Under the pieces are notes generated by a model, which made no database searches, was not told the DNA's origin, and saw nothing but the letters and a program-made list of their open reading frames with translations. 64,000 nucleotides of DNA, from NCBI RefSeq assembly GCF_000002075.1, contig NW_004797516.1:773630-837629 (forward strand). Reading direction: 5' to 3'. Shown one piece after another: positions 1 through 13,263 of this stretch. The DNA is from Aplysia californica. Lineage: Eukaryota. How positions within the stretch are numbered: position 1 is the first letter of the stretch; each line of letters begins with the position of its first letter. A program made the position numbers and the translations under genes.

Positions 1-21
1 TCTCTCTCTCTCTCTCTCTTA

Positions 22-215
22 GCGTCTATGATGTAGCGGTTAGGCGCTTCGCAGTCGCCCACGGGAGACCAGAATTTGATCTCCGAGTGGGGAGAATTTT
101 CATTGACGTATCGATCTCGGTCTCCTCTGCTGGGATGTTAGCCCGGGTTGACCCTGACATGCAGGGATGGAAGCCTGCCTCCTGGTCGAGAAGAGTAAGC
201 TTACAGCTCACAAAG
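22..215 (+). mobile_element. Degenerate tRNA-headed SINE-like element
   Basis: A-box-like TGATGTAGCGG and a degenerate B box after a (TC)n tract. Confidence 0.4.
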
Positions 216-1314
216 TTTTAAGTAACTCACCAAATATTTAGGCAAATAAGCTCGCCACAATTAGGAAAGAGAAAAAATGGGTTTAGTATGTCTGAAAAGT
301 TGGCCGACGAGCGTTTCTTCTTTCTTGAATGTCAAAGGTCATCCCCAGTTTCTGATACTATTGCTAATATTTGTGTGAGGCATCACGGTGAAATCATCAT
401 TATCATTGCCTTTCTCACGCTGCACCAGGGTATAGGTTACGAACAAACATTTTCCACCTTTCTCTATTCTGGACTAGCCTCTTGATGTTATTCCATGTCT
501 TCCCACTTTTCTGTTAATCAATTTCTGTGATTCTTCTCCACGTACCATGCTATCTTCCCCTTGATCTTTTACCCAGTGGATTCCAATCCAACACTGGTGA
601 AATCAGGCGCTAGTCAAAAATGAAATCGAAGTAATAATAATATAATCGATATTTTTCTGCCCATTGGGACACTTTCATTGATTTTAAAAATTTTGACTAA
701 ACACCTCGTTCTTCCGTCTAAAAATACATTTCTGTAAAGACTTAACTGAAAAACAAAAGTTGATCAAAAAGGCGCAAAAATATAAATGAGCAGTTTCCAG
801 GGACACTCAACCTTTGAAAGTCAACAAAATTTTGTAGTCCTTTTCTAGCTAATTTTTTACTTTTGACACCAGACGACCTACACCCTACACTCTCTTCACT
901 CGCAAATTTTTCGACTCCAATCAAGATAGAATAGGTTTGGTTTTAAAAAAAAATCCAAAGCAGGACCGATGAACAATAAATGAAAGATGATACCAATGAT
1001 TCCACAATAAGCCCAAAATTGACGAGCACCTGATTCCATCGCGATGACCCACAATTACTCTAGCATGAACGTTCTGTGTTGAAGAATAAAATCCACTTGT
1101 TTGAAAACCGAAAAGCTTGCAGGTTTTATTCACATTTTATAGATCCACACGTTTAGTGGCTTAATTTATTGCAATATGCTTAGAGACATTGGAGGTGTTC
1201 AGAAACAATCAACGTATTGAGTTTCTCTAGAATATATTTCATTTCTCAAAGCAGAACATTCAATAACCAATGTGCAATGTAAACAGAAAAAAAAAGATTT
1301 GTTCCGTATATTCA

Positions 1315-1390
1315 TCAAGAAGAATATTTGATCACCAAAGCCCGTAGCTTTCCCAGCGTCAGTTCTTTATACTTCTCCCCAAAGTGATTC
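1315..1390 (-). CDS. FN3K: Fructosamine-3-kinase family gene, last coding exon (WNHFGEKYKELTLGKLRALVIKYSS*)
   Basis: CCAG acceptor at 1391; phase fits the exon ending at 2670; completes the family C-terminal YLNHWNHFG motif; TGA at 1317-1315. Confidence 0.9.
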
Positions 1391-2208
1391 CTGGCGAATA
1401 AAAAAAAGTACATGACACAAATATAATGTGTGTTCCTTTTTCTCTGTCAAATTAAGTTACATACGACGTACGATATTACACCTTGTATAATGTGAACCTG
1501 TAAGAATTTCGCGATCAAACATAACCTTTTTCTGCAGGCGTGAAGGTTTCTAACTTATTTCGCATAACAAATAGCACTCATTTGAGTTATACTAGCCTCC
1601 CTTAGAAATTTAGAGTTTACCACGATAAACGCTTCTGAAATCTATCACAAATACATGTAACATACAATTGCGTTTACATACTACTTTGTGACATAAACAC
1701 TGCTCTGAACAAATCTTGAAAATTCAAGATCGGTCAATGATTGATTTCTTTACAGAGTAAGTTTTAAAAATAATATAGACATTCTTTATTATAACCAACC
1801 AAAGAGCTTATATTTATAGGTTTGTTGAAAGGTTGAACAAAACATTAGTGTTTTTGTATAAAGCTGAGAGACCAATGAGGGATCCAGGCTTGTCCGCGGT
1901 TGAGTAATGAGCCGTTCTCTAGAAGAAAAAAAATCCTGTCATCGGTGTCGCGTTGGTATTGATGATAAATTAGACAAATTGATAGTAACTCAAGTTCCTG
2001 AGTTTTGTGGTAACGAATGACGCCCGTGAGCGAAANNNNNNNNNNNNNNNNNNNNNNNNNNNNNNNNNNNNNNNNNNNNNNNNNNNNNNNNNNNNNNNNN
2101 NNNNNNNNNNNNNNNNNNNNNNNNNNNNNNNNNNNNNNNNNNNNNNNNNNNNNNNNNNNNNNNNNNNNNNNNNNNNNNNNNNNNNNNNNNNNNNNNNNNN
2201 NNNNNNNN

Positions 2209-2616
2209 CGCGCTATTTACCGATTAGCGCAATGTTACGATTGCGATGCGCGTTTTAACTATCGTATAATTGTACAGCAATCTAAAAATTGCGTTAATAT
2301 TTTATACTTTAAAAAATAATAATAATAAAAAATTCACTTCCATCTTTATTTTTTTTTTTTTTACGAAAGAGGCTAGCCGTACTTAATTACGGCCTGCCAT
2401 TTCGTACTTTTTCTCAAATCAAGGAACATTCACATGTATTTTCAAAAGAGTAAAAGTAAGAAAATTAAAATTAAAATTAACATATTATGAAACTGAAGAG
2501 CTCACAAGAATGATACAATTATACGATAGTTAAAACGTGCAGCGCAATCTTAAGATTGCCGCGCAATTAAACGATCATTAAAACGCGCAGATTTTGCGCC
2601 GATCGGTAAAGAGCGC
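2209..2616. repeat. CpG-rich imperfect inverted repeat in the last FN3K intron
   Basis: TTTTAACTATCGTATAATTGTA near 2253 pairs with TACAATTATACGATAGTTAAAA near 2514. Confidence 0.6.
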
Positions 2617-2669
2617 AAAAAACATGCATATATTATTTTCAGGCATTATTTATATATTCACACACCCAC

Positions 2670-2844
2670 CAATGGTTCAGGTAGTGGAACATGACATACA
2701 GCTCCTCCCTGTCTTCAAAGCCTGGCTGCTTTGGAAGGACACTATGGTAGGCGGTGGAGAACTTGGCGTCATACTCGTTGAACATCTTGGCCAGAGCAAC
2801 GTCATACTCCGAGTGTCCGTAAAAACATGCAGGGTCGAAAATAA
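2670..2844 (-). CDS. FN3K: FN3K-family penultimate exon ([21 protein letters not shown]...FHYLNH)
   Basis: Matches FN3K IYDPASFYGHSE...YLNHW; CAG acceptor at 2845, GT donor at 2669; 175 nt. Confidence 0.93.
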
Positions 2845-3816
2845 CTGGGGAAAAATGTGCTTCCATCTAAACATCGATTTTAAAGTTTCATGTCTTTCAT
2901 AATAATATATAGTCCTATTATTTAAGACGAAAATAATTCAATTACTCTCACCCAGAAATAAATTTGTGGCGAACTGTTTCTTGCATCTAAATACATGTAA
3001 TACATTTACTTTACATAAAATAGACGCGCTTATATTATATGCATTCCTATTTTAAAAATTACAGAATCAACCAGTCACTAATTTGCCAAACAATAATGAC
3101 CAATTTATCATCTAAAGCTTCAAGCGACTTTTTCTACCAACAAACAATCAAACAAACGAAAACAAAACCAAACAAACAACTTATAAACAATTAGATCTAA
3201 GCAAACAAACAAACAAACAACTTATAAACAATTAGATCTAAGCAAACAAACAAACAATCAAACCAAAAGAATCAAACCAAACAAATCAAAGCAAATTTTG
3301 AAAATCATGGTTTCCAGATTTGTACCCAAAAATATGCGAAGACACTGATAGTCATTTTTGTTGACGGAAAACTAAGGTGATAATTAATAATGTCCTGAAA
3401 GAAAAAAAAGTACACATGTAACTGCACTTTTCACAATCACTAAAAGGTAAATTAAAGACAAAGAAAGAGCAATAAAAATGAATGGATGAATGAATGGATG
3501 AATGAATGAATGAATGAATGAAAAACAAGTCCCGAAGGATCCCAGCGAACTATTGCTGTGTATTTCTAAAATGTAGTGACGAAAAAAAACCCCAAAACGT
3601 ATGTACTGGTGATGTCAGAAGCGTTGTTTGTACCAAATTTTGCTCCTCCCTCAAGCAGCAATTCCCCTCACTCTCTCAGTCCGGGTTCGAACCAGCTGCT
3701 TCACCTTCAAAGTACCATGAGGCACAGATAACACACGGTAAACTCAATTTCAAGGATAGCTTGTACAATTTGCCATTCCATGATTGATATTTTATCTTTA
3801 ATGTTTCGCTACTACA

Positions 3817-4691
3817 CAGTCGAACCTGTGTAAGACGGAATTGCAAGGGAGCCAGAAAAAAATTCCGTCTTAGACAGGGGAATTTAGGGGGAGATTGAGG
3901 TTGGGGGGGGGGGGGGGGGGTTCAAAGGCCCAGCCGGTGGGATCAAGGATCGCTTGTCCGATCGGCAAGCAGTGGTCAAAACTTCACACCTCTCAGCTGC
4001 TATCCTGTCTGATAATGACATGCGTCAGTCTTACTTTTCCAATTACCACCAGTGTTTGCCTTTCATAGGATCACTGTTTGACCTATTAAAAACAGAAACG
4101 TTTGAACATCTCCTTTGCTTCCACCCTTAGCCCCACCCATCGGTGTAACAAGCACAGTCAACCAATGCCACCCCTCACTGCCATCATGTAACAACGATTC
4201 GTGGAACTCTTTTCTCGGCAGGCATTGGTCAAACTAATTTCACACCTCTGACTTTTGGCTTGGCTACCCAAGAAAGTTTCCGTCGTGGCTCGCTACTCGA
4301 GCACTCTCACGGGCTGTCGCGAGATTTCACACTCACATTACACTGACCATCTGCACCGTTCAGGGCTCACATGATGGGGTAACATTTACCCCCAAATTGC
4401 TCCCCTACTCCCCTTCCTCGCCCAGCGGCATGACCATAGCGTTAAGTTTAGAGCCGGCGGAACCACATTTGCGAGTTTTGTTTCAAATCAGGGTTGAGCG
4501 GGCAAAGCATTTTCCGTCTTAGACAGGTGAAACCCTCGGTAGGGAGCGGATTTTTTTTCCGTTTCCGCGTTGGACAGGTTTCCGTTTTATACAGGTAATT
4601 AAAGAGGAATATATATCAAGGGGGAAGCGGGGAGATTCCGTTAAGACAGTTTTCTGTTTTACACAGGTTTCCGTTAAGGCAGGTTCGACTG
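3817..4691. mobile_element. Tc1/mariner-pogo-like MITE
   Basis: TIRs CAGTCGAACCTG and CAGGTTCGACTG, TA on the right flank, subterminal TTCCGT repeats. Confidence 0.8.
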
Positions 4692-6976
4692 TACATGTAC
4701 CATCAGCAGATAACTCATACGGTAAACTCAATTTCAAGGATTGCTTGTACAATTTGCCATTCCATGATTGATATTTTATATCTTTAATGTTTCGCTACTA
4801 TATCGGTTTACCCGAATTTTGAAAAGGCCGCTGTGCCGAACACATTTCGCTACTTCAGAATTAAGCCAACAAAGTTCTATCTGCCCAGTACCTAGTTTGG
4901 AGAAATTTGGCGTCAAATATTTTGAGCTTCACAATCATTGAATACCTTGATAACGACTCATCGTAATTTTACGATTTTGATAGAGCAGTTGATTTCTGAT
5001 CTCATGGTTACCCGAAAAGGCCAAAAATGACATATATAGAACATTGCAATTCTAAGGTAGAACTAGCGATTTGCCAATCTCTGACGAGTTTAAATATCCA
5101 TGCTTGACTGCGCAATGCAAATTATTGTCTAACTAATTGGGTTACACGGGAATTATTCTTATTTTTAACTCACTCGGCTGGTCCTAAAATCAATAAGAGC
5201 TGACTTAGGCCGCCACCTGAGCAAAAAAAAAAATTAATTCCTGCCAAACGGAAAATGTTTTTTTTTATATGTGTCCTGCACGGTCTTTGATAGGACCTTA
5301 CGCANNNNNNNNNNNNNNNNNNNNNNNNNNNNNNNNNNNNNNNNNNNNNNNNNNNNNNNNNNNNNNNNNNNNNNNNNNNNNNNNNNNNNNNNNNNNNNNN
5401 NNNNNNNNNNNNNNNNNNNNNNNNNNNNNNNNNNNNNNNNNNNNNNNNNNNNNNNNNNNNNNNNNNNNNNNNNNNNNNNNNNNNNNNNNNNNNNNNNNNN
5501 NNNNNNNNNNNNNNTAAATAGATTAAATAACCAAAAAAAACAACAACAACAACAAACAAAATTCTTCAACAATGTCTTCAACTTTCCTGAGAAATTTGTT
5601 GTTTTGTTTTTTCAAATTTGTGCACCTTGCCTAAGCTAGTTTTCTAGAATTCTTTCAGAAGCTCTAAGAAGATATCTGCAAGCCACAAGAGCGGTAAAAA
5701 TCCAGCCTCCAGTTCACTCTCACACTATTACTACACGCAAAAAAGGTTTGAAATGTTCTCGACCCACATGCATTATTATATTATGCAGATTTTGCATTTA
5801 ATTTTATTTAGACCCAAAGAAGAGAAGCATTTGAAGTACAAATTACATCTGTCTCCCCCCGGATTGTCTTTCGTATGTTTTCAAAACTGCAACCATTCAT
5901 TTATTGTCTCACCTTTTCTGTTACTAATTTGATGTGCTGCTCAATTTTTCTTGCAAAAAATGCCTGAAAAGATGTAGTGGAAAAACAATCAAAGAAAGTA
6001 CATGTACAANNNNNNNNNNNNNNNNNNNNNNNNNNNNNNNNNNNNNNNNNNNNNNNNNNNNNNNNNNNNNNNNNNNNNNNNNNNNNNNNNNNNNNNNNNN
6101 NNNNNNNNNNNNNNNNNNNNNNNNNNNNNNNNNNNNNNNNNNNNNNNNNNNNNNNNNNNNNNNNNNNNNNNNNNNNNNNNNNNNNNNNNNNNNNNNNNNN
6201 NNNNNNNNNNNNNNNNNNNNNNNNNNNNNNNNNNNNNNNNNNNNNNNNNNNNNNNNNNNNNATTTACATATTATATTAGTGAAAGTTCGTCACTTTCGTC
6301 GCCTAAAACTTCCGAACCACACAACTTTCCAATTTGACAAAATTATTAAAGGGCGCACGGTTTCATTGATGAGCCTGAAGTCACTGTAGTTTACTTTTCA
6401 GTTTTTCATTAGTTTCGTTTAAATGTAATCTTAGGAAAGTCCGTCTTCTAAGATGCCACTGTAAACAAGTGAGGTTTCCGTTCACTAGCCGTGCGCACTC
6501 TTCCACACCTTTAAAATTATGGAGTGTACAACTGCAAAAGCGGAATAGAGAGAGAATCAATCTATACATCTATTACAGATTTGGCAACTTGGAAACGCAT
6601 GACATGTGTCACTTTTCTCTCAAGATGTATTGCTCCATTCCAGTAGAGTGTATAGTAGGCCAATGACCTTCAGTTGATGTTAATGCACTGATCATCCCTT
6701 TCATCGNNNNNNNNNNNNNNNNNNNNNNNNNNNNNNNNNNNNNNNNNNNNNNNNNNNNNNNNNNNNNNNNNNNNNNNNNNNNNNNNNNNNNNNNNNNNNN
6801 NNNNNNNNNNNNNNNNNNNNNNNNNNNNNNNNNNTAATGATGATAATAATGATAATAATGATGATGATCAATAATGATAAAATGATAATGATAATAATAA
6901 TAACAAAGATAATTATGATGATATTAATAGCACACATTACGCAGTATTGTGAAGTTGTGTGTGTCTACCTTCTTTA

Positions 6977-7015
<39 letters not shown>
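6977..7015. repeat. (TCTG)n microsatellite
   Basis: Direct observation. Confidence 0.95.
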
Positions 7016-7016
<1 letters not shown>

Positions 7017-7124
7017 ATGTTTTTAATTCTTCATGACTGCCTCTCCTTCATCTTGTCTCTCTGTCTGTCTGTCATCCATTTGCTCAGTTGGTAGCATGAT
7101 GAAAAATTACACGGGTGGCTTCTC

Positions 7125-7770
7125 CGGCCGATCCCTTTGCCACGAAAAGGGGCTGCTGCAGTTCGTTTTGCACCAAAAAAGGGCTACTTATGTTCGCTTT
7201 GCTCTAAAAAAAGGGCTACTATCGGTCCCTTGGCCCTGAAAAGGGGCTTCTTCCACTGGTCCCTAGACAAGGAAAAGGGCCACTGCTTGCCTTTGACCCT
7301 GAAGAAAGGCTGCCCACCTCTGGAAAAAGAGGGCTTATAATGCCGGTCCCTATTGGCCCTGAAAAGGGTCTACGCTTGTCCATGGACCCTGAAAAGGGGC
7401 TGATCGTGGCTCCTCAGCCCTGAAAAGGGCTACTGTTGTCATTTGGCCGTGAAAAGGGGCTGCTGCCAGTCCTCTAGCTCTGAAAAAGGGCCAATGCGTT
7501 TGTTGCTCCCCTCAATTTTTTGCTCCGGAAAAGGGCTACTGCTGCCCTTTGGCCCTGAGACAAGGGCTACTGTTGTCCTTTAATTGGCCCTGAAATAGAG
7601 GGCTTCTTCTGCCGCTCCCTTGGCCCTAAAAAGGAGCTACTCTCGTCCCTGAGCCCAGAAAAGAGGGTAATCCTGGCCCCTTAGCCCTGAAAAGGTCTAC
7701 TGCTGGTACCCCGGCTCTTAAAAGGGGCTACGCTACTCCTGGTCACCTGGTCCTCAAAAAAGGCTACAGA
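7125..7770. repeat. Degenerate minisatellite, unit about 36-40 bp
   Basis: Recurrent GGCCCTGAAAAGGGCTAC core. Confidence 0.85.
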
Positions 7771-8184
7771 CAGACAGACAGAAACAACAGAGGGAAAGTA
7801 AACACGTAGGACCTGCTAGCAGCGCCCTCCAACCACCCACTTGCAAGTGTTTACTTTGGGGAAATATTCCGCATGCTTAAAACAGCACAAGAAATTCTGG
7901 TGTTTTAGATGAAGTTATCTCTATCAACATATTGCTAATGTCGTCACAGAGAGTTGAAAGCTTGAAAATTAACGGCAACTATTTGGCAACTTTTGACATT
8001 TTTAGGGCAACTTTTGGCTACTTTTGGGAAAAAATGGCAACAAATGCAGATGCTAGCATAATACACGTACGTATTCTGGCAGGAGGGGGTTTTCAATTCA
8101 CGCCCTTAGTTGGGTGTGGGGGGAGGGGCGAGTAGGCGCTATCGTGTATACGATAATATAACCTCTGCAGCAAGTGGTAAATAC

Positions 8185-8344
8185 CAGCCATGAGTCCGAC
8201 CACTCGTTGTCTTGAGGGAAAAACCCAAAATAGTTGGACGTCGGGAAGCCAAATTTCTCAATGAAAGACAAGGTGGGGTCCTTGTGTATTGAGCGTTCCG
8301 CTTTCTCCGCGCGGGTGCGTGATTCAGAATTATGAAGATGAAGT
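8185..8344 (-). CDS. FN3K: FN3K-family internal exon (LHLHN...KFGFPTSNYFGFFPQDNEWSDSWL)
   Basis: Matches FN3K LHL...KFGF...PQxNEW..DW; CTGCAG acceptor, GTATTT donor; phase fits the 9556 exon. Confidence 0.9.
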
Positions 8345-9168
8345 CTGCAGAAGAAATCAGAAGAAGGCAGCCCTTTCTTCATAACAGCTTTTGAAATTAT
8401 CGTTTATTATCTTTGACAAAAACAATTATATATATAATATCAATAAAATGAGTCTAATTCTGAAGAACAGAAGCATCTCAATAAGACCAAAAAAAAAAGT
8501 TTTAAAAGCGTTGTGTCGTCAACCCCTTTATAATAGGCTGTGGGTGTTGGACAATACCAAAGAAGGTGTGGATAAATATGAAGAAACAATAATGTGATTT
8601 TGGGGAGAAACTGTTCAGAATTCTATGGAAGGAAAAGATCAAATGAAATCTTTCTAAAAAAAAGTCCAAAGTTGGCTGCTTACTGATAAAGATAATTAAA
8701 AGAAAAAAAGTTTAAGCGGTTTTGGGGACACGAATAGACATAGATCTGGATGCCTTGAACATTTTGCTTAGGGTTGAAATCCATACTCCGCGGTTAAGAA
8801 TAAAGTTATGTACAACAGAGTCTCGACATAATAAAGACTTCCCAACACAGGAATCGAACCCTCTTCCTCAGCCTGCAACGGCTGAGACCCTACCCTACTC
8901 CACAGAACAGGTTTTTTTTTTCTTTTTTCACCAGAAAATGGGAAACATACTTTGTGGTTTTGTGGAAAAAAAGTTTTTTTGTACATCAATCGCACACTTG
9001 TTACACACGATGGCCAGACGCAGTCTATAGATATTAATAAATAACATCATCTTATTGATCAACTGTAGGCCTCTGCATATCTTTTACAACTCCTTCAACA
9101 CAATTTATGTTATTCACAAAGCAGGAATGATAATATTATTGAAGGAATTGAATGAACAAATCATTTAA

Positions 9169-9410
9169 CCCTGTCCGTACGTCGTGTTTTACTATCGTAT
9201 CCATACGACGTGGGGAACTCTGTGCCACCACTTTCCAAAGAGGAAATGTACAAGTTAATCTGATCCGTACGCTTTGCTTACTCAAGTCTGTAAAAATGAT
9301 TTTTTGAGAAATGCTGAAAGTTTCAAAGAGATCTTCGCACAAGAAGTATTCTAAAATATGAAGAATACAAGCCCGGAGGTACAAAATGACCCCAGGGCGT
9401 ACGGATAGGG
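9169..9410. mobile_element. piggyBac-type MITE
   Basis: TTAA-CCCTGTCCGTACG...CGTACGGATAGGG-TTAA. Confidence 0.85.
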
Positions 9411-9555
9411 TTAAGCTGCAGGCGGTTGGGTCGTTAGTGGGCTGTTGCCAATACGCCCGCTACCTATACATCCTTTGCTGCGGCTTTCAATACACTTATT
9501 TGGTAATTTTCAACAAAACTCATAAAAATACAATCAAGGTTCTCAAAAGACATAC

Positions 9556-9656
9556 CGAGCCATTTGTTCTCCCAAGGTCTCAGTCCATTTGGAGAGATGT
9601 TTGAACTCGGTAAACTCCATGACTAAAGCAGCAGGACCTCCAGACGCCGCTATCAC
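9556..9656 (-). CDS. FN3K: FN3K-family internal exon (VIAASGGPAALVMEFTEFKHLSKWTETLGEQMAR)
   Basis: Hand translation, absent from the ORF track; matches FN3K GGGAAFVME...LGEQMA; CAG and GTATGT boundaries. Confidence 0.88.
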
Positions 9657-9704
9657 CTGGACCAGGTATACGTAGGACGTAATAGTAATTTTAAAAAATA
9701 ATAA

Positions 9705-10154
9705 TATGTGAGGCAGCGTGGTGGAATCAGGCTCTCGTCAAAATAATCAAAGTGAAGAAACTTGCAGTTTTACGCAGGTGTGTAAATTTTTATCAAATTT
9801 TTGTTTTTTGGCTCAACACATTTCAAGCTCGTTAAGGAACTCATTCCTATGTGGATTTTTCTGAAAAGCGTTGATTAAAGGCACAAAAATGTACATTTTT
9901 TCAGTTACCACGGACTCTTAAGCTAACTAAATAATGATCTTTTGCGGTCATTTTCTCACTAATTTTACCTCTGAAAACAGCTGACCCCTACCTCCTTCTT
10001 TCGCAAATATCCCGACTTGTATTCAAGAATGATAAATGGATATTTTTTTCATTCAAATAAAGACAAGTGAACAAGCTTTAAGATGATACCAACCACTCTA
10101 CATACTCAAAAATTGACGAGAGCCTGATTCCACCACGCTACGCTGCCTCACATA
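9705..10154. mobile_element. MITE with about 35-bp TIRs, superfamily unassigned
   Basis: TATGTGAGGCAGCGTGGTGGAATCAGGCTCTCGTCAA and its reverse complement; older copies near 27660-28065, 41570-41975 and 57130-57470. Confidence 0.85.
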
Positions 10155-10375
10155 TGAATATTGAGGTGATAAGCTGTCTCTTTGTGTCCATAGAGATGTT
10201 TGGATGAGATAGGAGGGGTGCAAGCTGGTAGGTGACAGTGTTGGCTTTTTGAGTCCACATTTCTAACAATAGTAATAGCTTACTTAATACACGAAAATGT
10301 TACTACTTGTAGACCTGCACTGCCCGCTCATAATATTATAACCTTATACCGTTGCGAGCGTCCTAAAACTCTTAA

Positions 10376-10812
10376 TACGCGGTGCCCATTGCGGATGGGA
10401 TCGGGTCGGGTCAGGTCGGGTCCAGAGCGATCGCCCGACTCGTCGCCTGAAATACGGGGTGCCCACTACGTCTGGATCTGGCCGATCGCCCGACTCGTCG
10501 CCTGAAATACGGGGTGCCCACTACGTCTGGATCGGGCCGATCGCCCGATTCGTCGCCTGAAATACGGGGTGCCCACTACGTCTGGATCTGGCCGATCGCC
10601 CGACTCGGTCGCCGGAAACTGAAAACAAATGTTTTCACGTATATTTTTTAGGCGACCGAGTCGCCCCGATCGGCTGATCCCATCCGTAGTGGGCACCCCG
10701 AAAAGACGATTAGTCGGGCGCCATCAGCTTGTGCTACGGTAGCCGCTTTGGGCCCTCAATCTGACCAACAAACCGACCCGACCCCACCCGATCCTCCAAA
10801 GGGCACCCCATA
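10376..10812. mobile_element. TTAA-flanked TIR element containing a 55-bp tandem array
   Basis: Ends TACGCGGTGCCC and GGGCACCCCATA; units start at 10429, 10484, 10539 and 10594 (partial). Confidence 0.78.
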
Positions 10813-12084
10813 TTAACTAAACTAAAACTAAGACCTGCACCTATTTTGTGAGCATGACAATGAACAGCTATGATCTGCAATCGTCAAGATGGTGTTCTAT
10901 GATGTAAAAAGCCCGTTTCGTATACATATACAACAAATAGGCGTCAGGCCTACGATTAACACTTTACGGCTGATTTTTTGTGCGCGAAGTTCTTACTGCG
11001 TTGTATGGCTCATTAGTAACTCGTGACCTTTTTTTTGTAGTACACCCAAAGGAACCAAGAACAGCCAAAATAAAAACTGATACAAAATACAGGTGTATTG
11101 AAAACCTGCTAGGATATGAAATCAAGCCATACTCACCAATGAAGAATTTGTAGGTCTAAGGCTTACAATTACCGAATTAAGTAAGTAAGGGTTTAAATGA
11201 AAGGGTTGGAAAACTGCTATCTGTTCAGAAATTAATGTTTCGAGATCGAATCGATGCGTAAAAAGCAGAAGTATAGCTTTAAAACTAAGCCATTTAAGAG
11301 GAGGGGCCTCCGAACGGAACGTTCGTCTCCGATAAGACCCATTCAGCTTGAAAACTCCTGAAAACAACGAGAGCTCAAACGACATCTGTTCAGTAATCCA
11401 GCATGATACCAACTACTGAGTTAATGGAGGCCCCACTTAGTCCGTTTCAGTTGTGATTTTTTAAAAGGGACTTGGGGATAAGACACTTTTTTCTTTCCTT
11501 GTCATACAATGGTACTGCACTGACGCATTAAAAATACTGCACCTTTATTGGCGAAGGAACTTTCACAACTCCGGTGTCCTTTAAAGTGAGAAGACTTTCA
11601 AACTCTCCTTGGAACATGTCAAAAGCCTGAGAGAAATTCAGAACATAGATTATATATATAATTATATGCGTATAAATCGTTGTATACAAAACAAAAAGAA
11701 CATTTCTCTTTTTAATTCCAAGAATTGAAGATTATAATAATTATATGATATGCATTGGGTGGTGTGCGATAATAGCGTTAACATAATATGACGGGTCAGA
11801 AACCAGAAAAAAATACATGCCAAAGTCAGCCCAAAAAGTGACTGATATAATATCATTTTTGTGTTTCAAGCTCGAACCCCCGAACCGGCAACCTCACGAT
11901 TACGAGTCCGGTAGCCTCACCACAAGGCTACCGACGCCATTAACAAGCCTGAAGATAATAATATCAACTCTATATGCCCAAAAATTGGCGAGCGCATAGT
12001 TCCACCGCCTCGTGACACATAATAATAGGGTTCAAAAGTAAGGCCTGACAGTGCTTGTATAAAAATAAATGGCAAACAAATAGA

Positions 12085-12517
12085 GAGGCACGGTGGTGGA
12101 ATCAGGCTCTCGTCAAAATAATCAAACTTAAGAAACTTGCATTTTTCCGCAGGTTTGTGGATTTTTATCAAATTTTTGTTTTTTGACTCAACACCTTTCA
12201 TGCCCATTAAAAACTAATTTCTGTGTGGATTTTTCTGAAAAGCATTGAATAAAGGCACAAAAAATGTAAATTTTCAGTTACCACGGACTCTTAAGCTAAG
12301 GAAATAACTATCTTTGGCCGCCATTTTCTCACTAATTTTACCTCTGAAAACAGGTGACCCCCACCTCCTTCTTTTGCAAATATCTCGACTTGTATTCAAG
12401 AAAATGGATATCTTCTTCATCCAAATAAAGACAAGTGAACAAGCTTTAAGATGATACCAATAACTCTACCTGCCCAAAAATTGACGAGAGCCTGATTCCA
12501 CCACGCTGCCTCACATA
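12085..12517. mobile_element. Second copy of the 9705-10154 MITE
   Basis: Colinear high similarity and the same TIRs. Confidence 0.85.
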
Positions 12518-13263
12518 AAGACTTCAGAGGGGAAATACTATTTGCCGTTTTCGCCTTGTGTGAAACCACACGCCCTAAGTGCAAACAGTTTGTTAGCCCT
12601 TACTGCAACCAGTTTGTTAGCCCTTACTGCAACCAGTCTGGTAAAAATGGTGAAATGGTATAGGTTTATTCGTGCAAAGTACATTTCCCAAGGATGCAAT
12701 GTCGGACTGCAACCAGTCTGTCTGCGTGCAACATTATGTCACTTCATACATTGAAGGGGTAAGCTTGGGGCACGTATGCTTCTCTACTCAGTCTACTGAT
12801 TTTAAGAGAAATCCTTCTGCTGATATAACACAATGTATCGTATGGNNNNNNNNNNNNNNNNNNNNNNNNNNNNNNNNNNNNNNNNNNNNNNNNNNNNNNN
12901 NNNNNNNNNNNNNNNNNNNNNNNNNNNNNNNNNNNNNNNNNNNNNNNNNNNNNNNNNNNNNNNNNNNNNNNNNNNNNNNNNNNNNNNNNNNNNNNNNNNN
13001 NNNNNNNNNNNNNNNNNNNNNNNNNNNNNNNNNNNNNNNNNNNNNNNNNNNNNNNNNNNNNNNNNNNNNNNNNNNNNNNNNNNNNNNNNNNNNNNNNNNN
13101 NNNNNNNNNNNNNNNNNNNNNNNNNNNNNNNNNNNNNNNNNNNNNNNNNNNNNNNNNNNACAGACTAAGACAGAGTCAATACATCATTATATATCTGAAA
13201 ATGTTTTATTTTAATCAATAGCACATATGGCAATAAATGCTTAGAAATAGTTTCGGATGATAC

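Noticed and set aside
7125-7770. Minisatellite as a CRISPR array or repetitive protein
   Set aside because: Units are degenerate, spacing is irregular and no frame stays open.
8840-8905. tRNA gene on the minus strand
   Set aside because: B box and one hairpin are present but no complete cloverleaf or acceptor stem; likely a decayed SINE head. The same applies to 14310 and 18862.
10429-10606. 55-bp repeats as a CRISPR array
   Set aside because: Units are contiguous with no unique spacers, the context is eukaryotic, and no cas genes are present.
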